Sequence record: NC_047815.1
DNA: 64,000 bases
Reading direction: 5' to 3' (one strand)
Positions 1-8,309 of this stretch are shown here, one piece after another. Below the pieces are notes generated by a model. The model made no database searches, was not told the DNA's origin, and saw only the letters and a list, made by a program, of their open reading frames with translations. Position 1 is the first letter of the stretch, and every line of letters starts with the position of its first letter. Made by a program: the position numbers and the translations under genes.

Positions 1-666
1 GACAACATGTGCCCCAACTGCAAGCAGCCTATGGCTTACAGTGAACTCAAGGTTCTCTATAAATCTCTTAAAGGATTTGTTGATGGGTTAATCGACAACC
101 TTGATGGAACATACAGCATCATCGATCTGAAATCAACTATGGTCAGTAAAGCACAGGACGGTTCGTTCTTTGTCAAGTACCATCGCTATCAGATCGCTAC
201 CTACGCCTACATCTTGTCAAAGCGTTATGGCTACAACATTGTGGACTACACGCTTGTGTATGTACCTCGTGATAATCCCAAGAAGTTTGTGGAGAAGTCA
301 TTTGTCTACGACGAGAAAGAGGCACGAGCAGCGCGTGACTTTATGATGAAGCAGATCAATGCATGGGATGCAACGATCAAGTCTCTGCGCAAGGGTGATG
401 CCAAGTACGCAATCAAACACAAGCCATGCCGTTCTGAGAAATATTATTGGGATGAGTTTCATGGCTATGATGAATGCCCTTTTTTGAACTACTGCTTTAT
501 TGAATCTCGCCTTACGGAATTCCTTGAGCGTCTTGAACAGACAATCATGGCAAATCCTGACATGACCTACGCTGAGGTTGTTCGCCCACAAGCTGAACCG
601 CAACAGGGTCTTGTCAAAAAGAAATTTCGAGAGAAGACCAAAGTCGTCAAGCAGTTTGAACTATGA
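1..666 (+). CDS. Cas4-like PD-(D/E)XK exonuclease, 5'-truncated by window edge
   Basis: Frame open from base 1; GFVDGL...IIDLKST...QIATYAY nuclease motifs; C-terminal Cys cluster (KPC...ECPFLNYC). Confidence 0.75.
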   Translation, partial: DNMCPNCKQPMAYSELKVLYKSLKGFVDGLIDNLDGTYSIIDLKSTMVSKAQDGSFFVKYHRYQIATYAYILSKRYGYNIVDYTLVYVPRDNPKKFVEKSFVYDEKEARAARDFMMKQINAWDATIKSLRKGDAKYAIKHKPCRSEKYYWDEFHGYDECPFLNYCFIESRLTEFLERLEQTIMANPDMTYAEVVRPQAEPQQGLVKKKFREKTKVVKQFEL

Positions 667-1076
667 AACGAGACTTTCAACGATCAGTTATGAGGATTCA
701 AGAGGCTGTCAACATCTTGGAGTATGTCGGTCACGACTACGAACAACTCCAAACGGTGTCAGACAGCCTTGTTGATCCCCGTCTCATTCAGGACAAGAGC
801 TATTGCCTGAGTGTTATGCTGTTGAGCCAAACGGCTATCACCGTTGCTCGCTATTTCGAAAGTATCAACCAGCTTGATATAAAGCGGCAGATGCTTGAAA
901 ACAAATTGTACACGCCAGAGATAGGCAACAAGATCAAACGCATGGCAGAAGCGCGTCGTACCATAGAGCGTAACGTTGCGTGCTATCAAGGTCTGTTATC
1001 TTATCGCAGCAATCTAGTGCTGAACATCGTTCGTGGCGTTCCATTCGAAAACAGATATTTCAGACAGGAGCCTTAA
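663..1076 (+). CDS. hypothetical protein
   Basis: ATGA overlap with upstream stop; no motif recognised. Confidence 0.7.
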   Translation: MKRDFQRSVMRIQEAVNILEYVGHDYEQLQTVSDSLVDPRLIQDKSYCLSVMLLSQTAITVARYFESINQLDIKRQMLENKLYTPEIGNKIKRMAEARRTIERNVACYQGLLSYRSNLVLNIVRGVPFENRYFRQEP

Positions 1077-1077
1077 A

Positions 1078-1569
1078 TTGGAAATCATTGTCAGCATTAG
1101 TGCCACAGGCGCTGAAAAGAGTCGCAATCGTGTGGACAGCCAAGAGTCCACCACTGGTCGTGTAGACCTCAGCGAATACACAAACCTTGAAAAGAAGATT
1201 CGTCAAACAGAGGAAGCAAAAGAGAAGCAAGATCTTGCTAAAAAGGCGAGTGGCGAAAATTCTGTAAAGAAAAAGAAAGCTACTAAACCTGATGCAGATG
1301 ATGCTGGTGGAGACGACGATGATGATTCAGCAGATAATGCCTCATTTGGATTCGACGACGACTCCTCAGATGACTCTGGATCTGATGATGGAGACGACTC
1401 CGATGATTCCTCAGATAGCAAGCCCAAGAAAGGTAAAGGAAAGAAACCAGCGTCCGATGATGAAGATGGATCTGACGAATCCGAAGGTGACGACGGGTCT
1501 GACTCTGATGAAGACGATTCAGGATCAGATGACGAAGAGGAACTTGACGAAGCAGACTTGGAAGAGTGA
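1078..1569 (+). CDS. acidic D/S-rich protein with N-terminal xIIxSLS-type tag
   Basis: TTG start 7 nt after AGGAG (1066-1070) gives MEIIVSISAT; C-terminal half D/S/E low complexity. Confidence 0.7.
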   Translation: MEIIVSISATGAEKSRNRVDSQESTTGRVDLSEYTNLEKKIRQTEEAKEKQDLAKKASGENSVKKKKATKPDADDAGGDDDDDSADNASFGFDDDSSDDSGSDDGDDSDDSSDSKPKKGKGKKPASDDEDGSDESEGDDGSDSDEDDSGSDDEEELDEADLEE

Positions 1570-1600
1570 CGTTGAGAAGTATGAGGCACTGCGTGATGTG

Positions 1601-2026
1601 ATGATAGCGATCAGCTATTCACTGAAAGTTATGCAGTATCCCTCGCTTCAGGCTTCTCTTGTGCAGCACAACAACCTGCTTGTGTTGAGTCACATTTGGT
1701 TCTGGGGAAAACCCAGTGACCAGTGGAGCTACTTTAAAAACCCTGTAGGTCAAACGAATCTTGTGTGGCTGGTGATGCAGCTTACGGGTGTTGCCTGTTA
1801 CTTCGGACTGACCCCTGTTGTTCACAGCTTTCACAGTTCTGGTTCTAATCCTCGTATGCTCGACACTATTCAACAGGTCAATCGACAGATTAGTGATCGC
1901 GCTCAGTATCAACGAGACAGACAGTTTGAACGCTGTGTAAGTCAAGAACTCGGTCTGCCTCCAACAGCCTTCTATGTATTACGGGAATTAAATTCCAATG
2001 GCCAAGTACAAATCGACAATCGCTAA
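1601..2026 (+). CDS. hypothetical protein
   Basis: GAGG at 1583 then GTG/ATG at 1598/1601; upstream part of track ORF 1292 is a shadow of the acidic gene. Confidence 0.6.
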   Translation: MIAISYSLKVMQYPSLQASLVQHNNLLVLSHIWFWGKPSDQWSYFKNPVGQTNLVWLVMQLTGVACYFGLTPVVHSFHSSGSNPRMLDTIQQVNRQISDRAQYQRDRQFERCVSQELGLPPTAFYVLRELNSNGQVQIDNR

Positions 2027-2657
2027 GACTCCTAAAAAGAGTCCTGCTGCTAAACAGGCTGAACAGCGTGCTAAGGGCATGCGTCAGATCAAAAGCGGCA
2101 AATACGAACAGGGTGTCAAGTCGATTTCAGAAGCAAACAAATCTCGTCGCATGACGCAGGGCGAGAAGCGTGCTGTATCGATTACCCCGTTCGTTCCAAA
2201 GCAAGTACCGCAGCCACCACAAACTCCTAAGAGCCTTAAGGGTTTGTCGATGGCAGCATTGATGAAGTCCTCGCCACGTCTGATGAAAGAAAACGCCTTA
2301 GAGTGTTACGTCAGCAACTACAAGCGGGGCAAGACTCCGAAAGGATTACCATTCGCTACAGCAAAAGTTAGGCACAAAGATCCACTTCGTCCTAACAAAA
2401 CCGTTCGACTGCATGAGTGTATGTTTTTAGCACTCGATGACCCAAACAAGCCTATCTCTAAACAGAAGCGTGTTTTGGCCAGTTGTGGTTGTGAGAACTA
2501 TGTGTTCATGTGGGAATATGCGAACGCCGAACACGGTGCAGCGCGTATCATTTATGGTAACGGAGAGCCGCCTGGTTTCACTAACCCAGCTCACGTTCCC
2601 GGCCTGTGTAAACACTTACTCGCACTCGCAGATGTAATTCGTCGTAACGGAGATTGA
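1998..2657 (+). CDS. basic SWIM-type zinc-finger protein
   Basis: SCGCENY...GLCKHL fits CxC-(n)-CxH SWIM signature. Confidence 0.65.
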   Translation: MAKYKSTIAKTPKKSPAAKQAEQRAKGMRQIKSGKYEQGVKSISEANKSRRMTQGEKRAVSITPFVPKQVPQPPQTPKSLKGLSMAALMKSSPRLMKENALECYVSNYKRGKTPKGLPFATAKVRHKDPLRPNKTVRLHECMFLALDDPNKPISKQKRVLASCGCENYVFMWEYANAEHGAARIIYGNGEPPGFTNPAHVPGLCKHLLALADVIRRNGD

Positions 2658-3037
2658 TCATGAATGCCCTACAGCGCGATGTTCACGAATTTGATGATCC
2701 ACAAAATCCTGCTTGGGTTCCTTACGCAATAAGAACCTTATCCGAACACAGGAAGTACATGTTCGCTAAACACGTCATAGAGCTTATCCATGCTGTTGAA
2801 ATGCTTGGTGCAAAGGGAAAACCAATCAGCCCAATGAATCCACGAGTATTTGAAAAGGACGGAGAGTTCTTACTGACAGTCGCGTTTAAGGCATTGTGGG
2901 CAACTCACGCCTACCGCAACGATCAACAGTTTGTTCTTTTGGGTTTTGCGATTGAACGTATCGCAATCCTATTGGCCGATAACGGCGTTTCAAAAAGTGA
3001 TTGTGAGCGTTTCCGTAAACTCCATCTCGGTATCTAG
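2654..3037 (+). CDS. hypothetical protein
   Basis: Overlaps upstream stop; no motif. Confidence 0.7.
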   Translation: MIMNALQRDVHEFDDPQNPAWVPYAIRTLSEHRKYMFAKHVIELIHAVEMLGAKGKPISPMNPRVFEKDGEFLLTVAFKALWATHAYRNDQQFVLLGFAIERIAILLADNGVSKSDCERFRKLHLGI

Positions 3038-3039
3038 CA

Positions 3040-3207
3040 ATGACAAAACAGAAAACAATCCCATTCAACTGTCCTCAAAGCAATCAGGTAGTTCAATGTA
3101 CGGCAACAGAAATGATGCGCATGATGTTGACTGATCTACGCAAGCAGGGACGTGATATTAATCACAGTGGCCTCGTGTCTCAGGCTCAGAAAGGAAAACA
3201 TGGCTAA
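3040..3207 (+). CDS. 55-aa small protein missed by ORF track (MTKQKTIPFNCPQSNQVVQC...)
   Basis: Fills gap exactly: starts 2 nt after upstream TAG and its stop overlaps the next start. Confidence 0.55.
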   Translation: MTKQKTIPFNCPQSNQVVQCTATEMMRMMLTDLRKQGRDINHSGLVSQAQKGKHG

Positions 3208-3733
3208 CTTCTTTACTGCTGATACTCACTACGCCTCTCAGCGTACTCTGGAACTCAGCCGTCGTCCATTCCCGTCAGTAACTGACATGGACGAAACAAT
3301 GATACTTCGCACCAACGCTATGTGTCGCGGCAGTGATGTGTTGTACAACGTTGGTGACTTCGGTGACTACCGTGTGGTGCGTCGTCTTGTTCCTAAAGTT
3401 GTATTGATTTGCGGCAACTATGAACACAACGATATTGAACGCGACTACGGCGGCAGCTTTGAAGAGTTCCGTCGTGCGCTGATCAAGATGGGATTCCGCG
3501 ACGTGTTGCTCAACAATCATGTTGTTGATGATATGTGGCTCAATCACTTTCCTAATCAGATGGTAGAAAGCCGCTTCAACTTGTTCGGGCACATTCATCG
3601 TCTACAGATGGTTCGACGCAACGGTCTCAACGTTGGCGTCGATTGTCACGACTATGCGCCTATCAGTTTGGACACTGTAAACTTCTATCGTAATGCGATT
3701 GAAAATCATTATGACGATGAGGTGTTCGGCTAA
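3200..3733 (+). CDS. calcineurin-like metallophosphoesterase
   Basis: DTH, GDF, GNYE, NH, GHIH motifs in canonical order; AAGGA SD before ATG 3200. Confidence 0.85.
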   Translation: MANFFTADTHYASQRTLELSRRPFPSVTDMDETMILRTNAMCRGSDVLYNVGDFGDYRVVRRLVPKVVLICGNYEHNDIERDYGGSFEEFRRALIKMGFRDVLLNNHVVDDMWLNHFPNQMVESRFNLFGHIHRLQMVRRNGLNVGVDCHDYAPISLDTVNFYRNAIENHYDDEVFG

Positions 3734-3742
3734 GGAGAACTG

Positions 3743-4219
3743 ATGTACAAGAAACCAATAGCGCGTGCGTTGTCTCGCAGCATCCCTCCACATGACTATA
3801 CTCCACTGTTTCATCCAGTAGGTCACGTCAATGTTGGAACTATCGGTACTGGTCTACATGAGGAGCTGATGCAAGAGCTGGCGATTGACTCTGTTGTCCG
3901 CAAGGCTCTCGACCATAATCATGCTGAGTTTCAAAAACAGTTGATAGGCAATGCCAGCTTTGAGACAACAGGCGACAACAGTTTCAACATGAATTTCGAT
4001 ATTGATATGTTAAAACATCAAATCGATCTGATGGAACAAGCACGTCAACGTCACCTCGACGTCACCTGTGAAGTACCTGAAGAGTTGCGTAGTATGTTCT
4101 TATCTCGCGGTATGACTGAGGAGGATGTGGATCGTGTGATTCTTTATCCTAATCGCTGTGAGATAGTGAACAATGCAGTTAACATTGTTTACAAGATGCA
4201 GCCTAAAGATGGCTTGTAG
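3743..4219 (+). CDS. hypothetical protein
   Basis: TAAGGAG SD; no motif. Confidence 0.75.
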   Translation: MYKKPIARALSRSIPPHDYTPLFHPVGHVNVGTIGTGLHEELMQELAIDSVVRKALDHNHAEFQKQLIGNASFETTGDNSFNMNFDIDMLKHQIDLMEQARQRHLDVTCEVPEELRSMFLSRGMTEEDVDRVILYPNRCEIVNNAVNIVYKMQPKDGL

Positions 4220-4424
4220 CAGTTGCGGTAGACGTGCCCGACGCATTCAGTATGGCGGAACAACGGCACCAACAACCGTTGAGCCAGTACCTGAGACATT
4301 AAGTGCTGCGCGTCTAACGCCTCATGGTTGGGTAAAGACCTGCGTTGTTTGCGGGCAAGTATCTGAACCTTCTCCGTTTGCTGATACTATTCCACAATCG
4401 TGTGACTGTAAACGCAACGCATAA
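4209..4424 (+). CDS. small Cys-rich putative Zn-binding protein
   Basis: CxxC at N-terminus, CxxC and CxC near C-terminus. Confidence 0.6.
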   Translation: MACSSCGRRARRIQYGGTTAPTTVEPVPETLSAARLTPHGWVKTCVVCGQVSEPSPFADTIPQSCDCKRNA

Positions 4425-4439
4425 ATATAAGGAAAGATA

Positions 4440-5021
4440 ATGTACACCGATGATCAAGGCAATGAAATCATTGAGCACGATGATGTAATCTCTGGTTTGC
4501 AGACCACGCTTGAAAAAGCTGTGCATACAGAACTGAACTACAACATCCTGTCCGACATTCGTTATGCTCACGAGATTCCTGTGTTTCCTCAGGCTCTCCA
4601 GAAAACTGACGAAGGCAACTATCATCTTGTGTATGATAGCTGTGGTGAAGATAGTTCAGAACTAAGCAAAAAGCGTGTACTGGATTTTCTGATAACTCCT
4701 ATCGCAGGTGAGAAGTACAGCGATACCTCTTTCCCGCGTCTGGTCTCTGATGTGAATTCTATCCTTCAGGATCTGCATGAATCTGGTCAGGGTCACGCTG
4801 CAATTTTAGGCCGTCGCTTAGACGATGGTTCAACTGCCGTCTATATTCGTGCGTTCAAGACAGGCGATTTCCCGTGTTCTGAACATCCAGAACTGTTGTT
4901 GGCTCAACCGCTTGGTCAACATCATTGTCGTATCTGCCGTGAAATGCAAATGGCAGGTTGTTTCCACTTACCACGAGAGTTCAACGATGAAGGTGAGCCT
5001 GTCAATGCCGAACAAGACTGA
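4440..5021 (+). CDS. hypothetical protein with C-terminal CxxH...HCxxC metal-binding motif
   Basis: TAAGGA SD; CSEHP...HHCRIC...GCFH. Confidence 0.7.
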   Translation: MYTDDQGNEIIEHDDVISGLQTTLEKAVHTELNYNILSDIRYAHEIPVFPQALQKTDEGNYHLVYDSCGEDSSELSKKRVLDFLITPIAGEKYSDTSFPRLVSDVNSILQDLHESGQGHAAILGRRLDDGSTAVYIRAFKTGDFPCSEHPELLLAQPLGQHHCRICREMQMAGCFHLPREFNDEGEPVNAEQD

Positions 5022-5475
5022 TGCGCAAGGTGGATATTGGGAAGTAGTTCCTGATGCTCGTAGCGAAACTGTACTGCGTCAGATCGCTGCGACGTTTATG
5101 GACACTGACGAACTGCCTGACCTGCATGTAACGCTTGCCTACGATGGTCGCAACCCAGAAGTGGAGGCCAAGGTAAATCCAGATGAAGTATTCAGCGCTA
5201 CTATTCGTGGTGCTGAACTGTTCGGCGACAAGTCAGACATTCTGGTACTGTTGCTTGATAGCGAAGAACTGCACGCAGAGCATCAACGCATTCATGCTTG
5301 TGGCTGCGCGAAGTTTGACTTCACACCTTACAACCCACACGTGAGTCTCAAGTACGGTGCACGTCAGGCTGAACTTGATCATTTACGTGAAATGGTATTT
5401 GTGCCTAATCGCCCTCCAATCGACTTGCTGTTTTCTGGTGAGCGTCGTGAGCTGGTGGACGAAAACGCACGATAA
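5005..5475 (+). CDS. acb1: 2H phosphoesterase, Acb1 / T4 gp57B-like
   Basis: Two HxT/S motifs (LHVTLAY, PHVSLKY); LVLLLDSEELHAEH...FDFTPYNPHVSL parallels gp57B as recalled; AAGGTGAG SD before ATG 5005. Confidence 0.8.
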   Translation: MPNKTDAQGGYWEVVPDARSETVLRQIAATFMDTDELPDLHVTLAYDGRNPEVEAKVNPDEVFSATIRGAELFGDKSDILVLLLDSEELHAEHQRIHACGCAKFDFTPYNPHVSLKYGARQAELDHLREMVFVPNRPPIDLLFSGERRELVDENAR

Positions 5476-5481
5476 CACAAG

Positions 5482-5505
5482 GCGGTGGCTTCGGCTGCCG
5501 CTTTT
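5482..5505 (+). terminator. intrinsic terminator
   Basis: GCGGTGGC-TTCG-GCTGCCGC followed by TTTT. Confidence 0.75.
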
Positions 5506-5524
5506 GACGTTCTGAGGAATTTTT

Positions 5525-5848
5525 ATGCAAATCGTATTCAGCCTAAGCAACAACGCCGAACCTATCTTTATCAAGGAGTCAATCGATCCTGCCTTAACCG
5601 AGCAAGCACGCGAAGCCCAGATTCGTCAACAAGAGCGTGAACTACGCGACCGTTATGGCTACGATGAACCTCAGTCAGAGATTGACAAGAAAGAAGCGGA
5701 ACGCATCAAGATCGAGCATGAGAAGGCAGAGCAAGACCGTTTGCCTAAACAACCTCCCGCAGAACTAGGCAAGAGCAAAATCGGTGAAGACGCGTCGGCT
5801 ACGTCCATCACTAATCGTCACGACAATTTGCCTAGCGCAAAGATTTAA
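5525..5848 (+). CDS. hypothetical protein with N-terminal xIVxSLS tag
   Basis: GAGG SD; starts MQIVFSLSN. Confidence 0.75.
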   Translation: MQIVFSLSNNAEPIFIKESIDPALTEQAREAQIRQQERELRDRYGYDEPQSEIDKKEAERIKIEHEKAEQDRLPKQPPAELGKSKIGEDASATSITNRHDNLPSAKI

Positions 5849-5890
5849 AACTGTAAAGATGCTGTAACGAATCAATAGGGCATCTGCTGT

Positions 5891-6925
5891 ATGAAGAATA
5901 AATCTAACCTGACAGGTGGCCAGATAGAAAGCGTCATGGACACCCTGCTCCACGATTGTCTGCGCGAGATCGTGGAGAGCACTGATGTGTTTGACGTTCA
6001 ACTGACCTACTTGTTGAGCATGATCACGCTGAATAAAAAGCGTAAGCCACACAATGCTTCGAATCGCGACCGTGCTATCAGCTTGCTTATCCGAGCACTG
6101 AGCAGTCCGCGTGAAGAAAAGATGCAGTACATAATGGAACTGAAAATGGAGCGAAACTTCATTTATATGTTCCTGCAAAATGTAATTAACCGCTACTATG
6201 GACAGTATGTTGAACTCTACAGAAAGTTCATCTGCACCAAAGATCCTATAGCGCGTAAAACTTATGGCAAACAGCTTGATGCGTTTGTTCGTACCGTTGG
6301 CGCCAAGAACAGATCCAGTTTCTTTGTTGCGCTGAACAATCTCAATGACCTTATGCCGCACTTCACTGAATACTTCCATTCAGTTGTTGATGACTTCTAT
6401 CGACTGTGTACGGCACAAGCCAAGTTTTATGTCGATACCAATAAAGGTAAGCAGTACGATACCAAAGACGTCAAGCAGAACTTTTTACGCAACGTCATTA
6501 TTGCTATCAACAAGTATGATTCATCGCGTGGTGCGATTGTGTCATACGTCAAGTGGTGGATCTTGAACGCACAGACCTGTAGCTCGTCAGAACACGAGTA
6601 TGGCATTTCGTATACAATACCGCAGACCCAGAGGAAAAAGCTGGCAAGCGGTCAAGATACCACCTCAGTGAATTTCTCTGTTAGTCTTGATGCACCTACA
6701 AGCGAATCAGATGAAGGGATGGACGCATCTTTGCATCACAAGGTCAGTGATAGCCATAACCTTGAAGACGCAGTAGACAGCGGAAGACGTGCTGAGAAAC
6801 TGGGGCTGTTAATAAAGCGTATCGATCCCATGGGAATCGCGCGCCTCACAATGGACATACCTGAGGTGTTCGAACAGGAAGAACGTGAGTTGATGCGTAA
6901 ATATATGCTCCAGCAGGGCCTGTAA
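5891..6925 (+). CDS. phage RNA polymerase sigma factor (sigma70 family)
   Basis: Region-2-like LRNVIIAINKYDSSRGAIVSYVKWWI, followed by region-3-like SVSLDAP. Confidence 0.8.
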   Translation: MKNKSNLTGGQIESVMDTLLHDCLREIVESTDVFDVQLTYLLSMITLNKKRKPHNASNRDRAISLLIRALSSPREEKMQYIMELKMERNFIYMFLQNVINRYYGQYVELYRKFICTKDPIARKTYGKQLDAFVRTVGAKNRSSFFVALNNLNDLMPHFTEYFHSVVDDFYRLCTAQAKFYVDTNKGKQYDTKDVKQNFLRNVIIAINKYDSSRGAIVSYVKWWILNAQTCSSSEHEYGISYTIPQTQRKKLASGQDTTSVNFSVSLDAPTSESDEGMDASLHHKVSDSHNLEDAVDSGRRAEKLGLLIKRIDPMGIARLTMDIPEVFEQEERELMRKYMLQQGL

Positions 6926-6935
6926 ATAACTTTGG

Positions 6936-6945
6936 AATCTGTAAA
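6936..6945 (+). promoter_or_regulatory. AATCTGTAAA box, putative phage-sigma promoter
   Basis: Intergenic, upstream of SSB gene; identical copies at 32755, 61477, 62144, 62201. Confidence 0.6.
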
Positions 6946-6985
6946 AAGAAGTATCACAGAAACCGCTCAATTTTGAGGATTTATA

Positions 6986-8248
6986 ATGGGACGTGGATTT
7001 GACGCCATTCCAGACAATAGCTCACGCGATAACTTGCGTGAAGGTGATATTTTTGAAATCTACCCACTAGCAAAGAAAGCAAACAACACATGGGTGTCGT
7101 TGCGTCTTCTGCCTGGCGATCTGCTGCCGATTAAAAAGCACTGGATTCGCATCATGGGTGGCAAAGACAAAGATAAAGCCATCAAGATTCCACGTATGTG
7201 TGTTAGCTTTGACCCAGACAATCAAGGTCAAGAACTGCGCGGCATGAAGTGTCCTTACTGTGGCATCGAACATGGTAATGATGAGTCCGGCGCACCAGCA
7301 CAGTACGATTTCAAATGGTATGCTCAAGCGATTGTTCGTGATCTGCAAGCAGCCAAGCCTAAGCGTGTTGCACAGCATACCAAGAAAGAAAAGCAGACAG
7401 GCAAGAAAGAAAAGACCAGTGAAAGCTGGACGCCAGTTGTTGCTATCGGTATGTCAAATGCAATGGCGGGCAAGATTCGTCAGATGGGTGAACGTAACTT
7501 TGCTCAGGTCAAAGACAAAAAGTCTGGTCAAAAGATCAAGAAAGCGTTTCCTATCACTGATGCAAAGTACGGTATCGATATTGATATTAAGTACAGCCCG
7601 AAAGCTGCGCCTGCTGATCGTTACTCGTTCGAGAAAGGTGAACGTACACCTCTGACCGAAGAAGAACGTGAATATCTGACCTGGGACTTTGATAACTGGG
7701 AAGAGATCTATAATCTGCTTGGTCGTCTCGATGAAAAAGGCGCGTTGGCTGACTTTAAAAAGATGGACGTTATCGGCGGTGAATCTACCGAGTCAGATGA
7801 TGACGACGATGACGACGATGATGACGACGATATGGCGCTTGGCCGTAAGAAGAAAGGCAAAGCTGATAAGTCGTCCAAGAAAAAGAAACGTTCGTTGGAC
7901 GATGACGACGAAGACGATGATGAAGACGAAGATGATCTGCCTAAGAGCAAGAAGAAAGGCAAGTCCTCCAAGACTTCTAAAACAACCAAGTCTAAGCGTT
8001 TGCTTGACGACGACGAAGACGACGATGAGGATGATGAGCCTAAGAAGAAAAAGTCGTCCAAACTCAAGTCCAAGTCTTCTGTGAAGAAGAAAAAGAAAAC
8101 CGTTCTTGACGACGATGAAGATGAAGACGACGCGCCGAAGAAGAAAAAGAAATCTTCCAGCAAGTCGGTCAAGTCTTCCTCAGTGAAGAAAAAGAAAAAG
8201 TCTTCTGATGACGATGAACCCGTCAAGAAGAAAAAGAAAAAGAAGTAA
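6986..8248 (+). CDS. gp32-like single-stranded DNA-binding protein with long D-block/K-block tail
   Basis: LRLLP...HW...C...CPYC Zn-site pattern as in T4 gp32; next to UvsX; last ~155 aa low complexity. Confidence 0.7.
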   Translation: MGRGFDAIPDNSSRDNLREGDIFEIYPLAKKANNTWVSLRLLPGDLLPIKKHWIRIMGGKDKDKAIKIPRMCVSFDPDNQGQELRGMKCPYCGIEHGNDESGAPAQYDFKWYAQAIVRDLQAAKPKRVAQHTKKEKQTGKKEKTSESWTPVVAIGMSNAMAGKIRQMGERNFAQVKDKKSGQKIKKAFPITDAKYGIDIDIKYSPKAAPADRYSFEKGERTPLTEEEREYLTWDFDNWEEIYNLLGRLDEKGALADFKKMDVIGGESTESDDDDDDDDDDDDMALGRKKKGKADKSSKKKKRSLDDDDEDDDEDEDDLPKSKKKGKSSKTSKTTKSKRLLDDDEDDDEDDEPKKKKSSKLKSKSSVKKKKKTVLDDDEDEDDAPKKKKKSSSKSVKSSSVKKKKKSSDDDEPVKKKKKKK

Positions 8249-8259
8249 GTTAATCAAAC

Positions 8260-8288
8260 GGGGTGGCTAGCGCCGCCCCTTTGTTTTT
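8260..8288 (+). terminator. intrinsic terminator
   Basis: GGGGTGGC-TAGC-GCCGCCCC then TTTGTTTTT. Confidence 0.8.
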
Positions 8289-8309
8289 CTCAACCGAGTA
8301 CAAGATCAC

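Noticed and set aside
1-666. CRISPR-Cas locus implied by the Cas4-like gene
   Set aside because: No repeat-spacer array or other cas genes seen in the window
1292-1600. Overlapping gene or +1 frameshift at GAG TGA C joining 1078 to 1601
   Set aside because: The open +1 frame is a by-product of GAT/GAC runs; no tRNA re-pairing at the site; the downstream gene has its own SD
8200-8270. Frameshift in the Lys run ending the SSB gene
   Set aside because: Heptamers are G_AAA_AAG type, the -1 frame stops within ~8 codons, and a strong terminator follows
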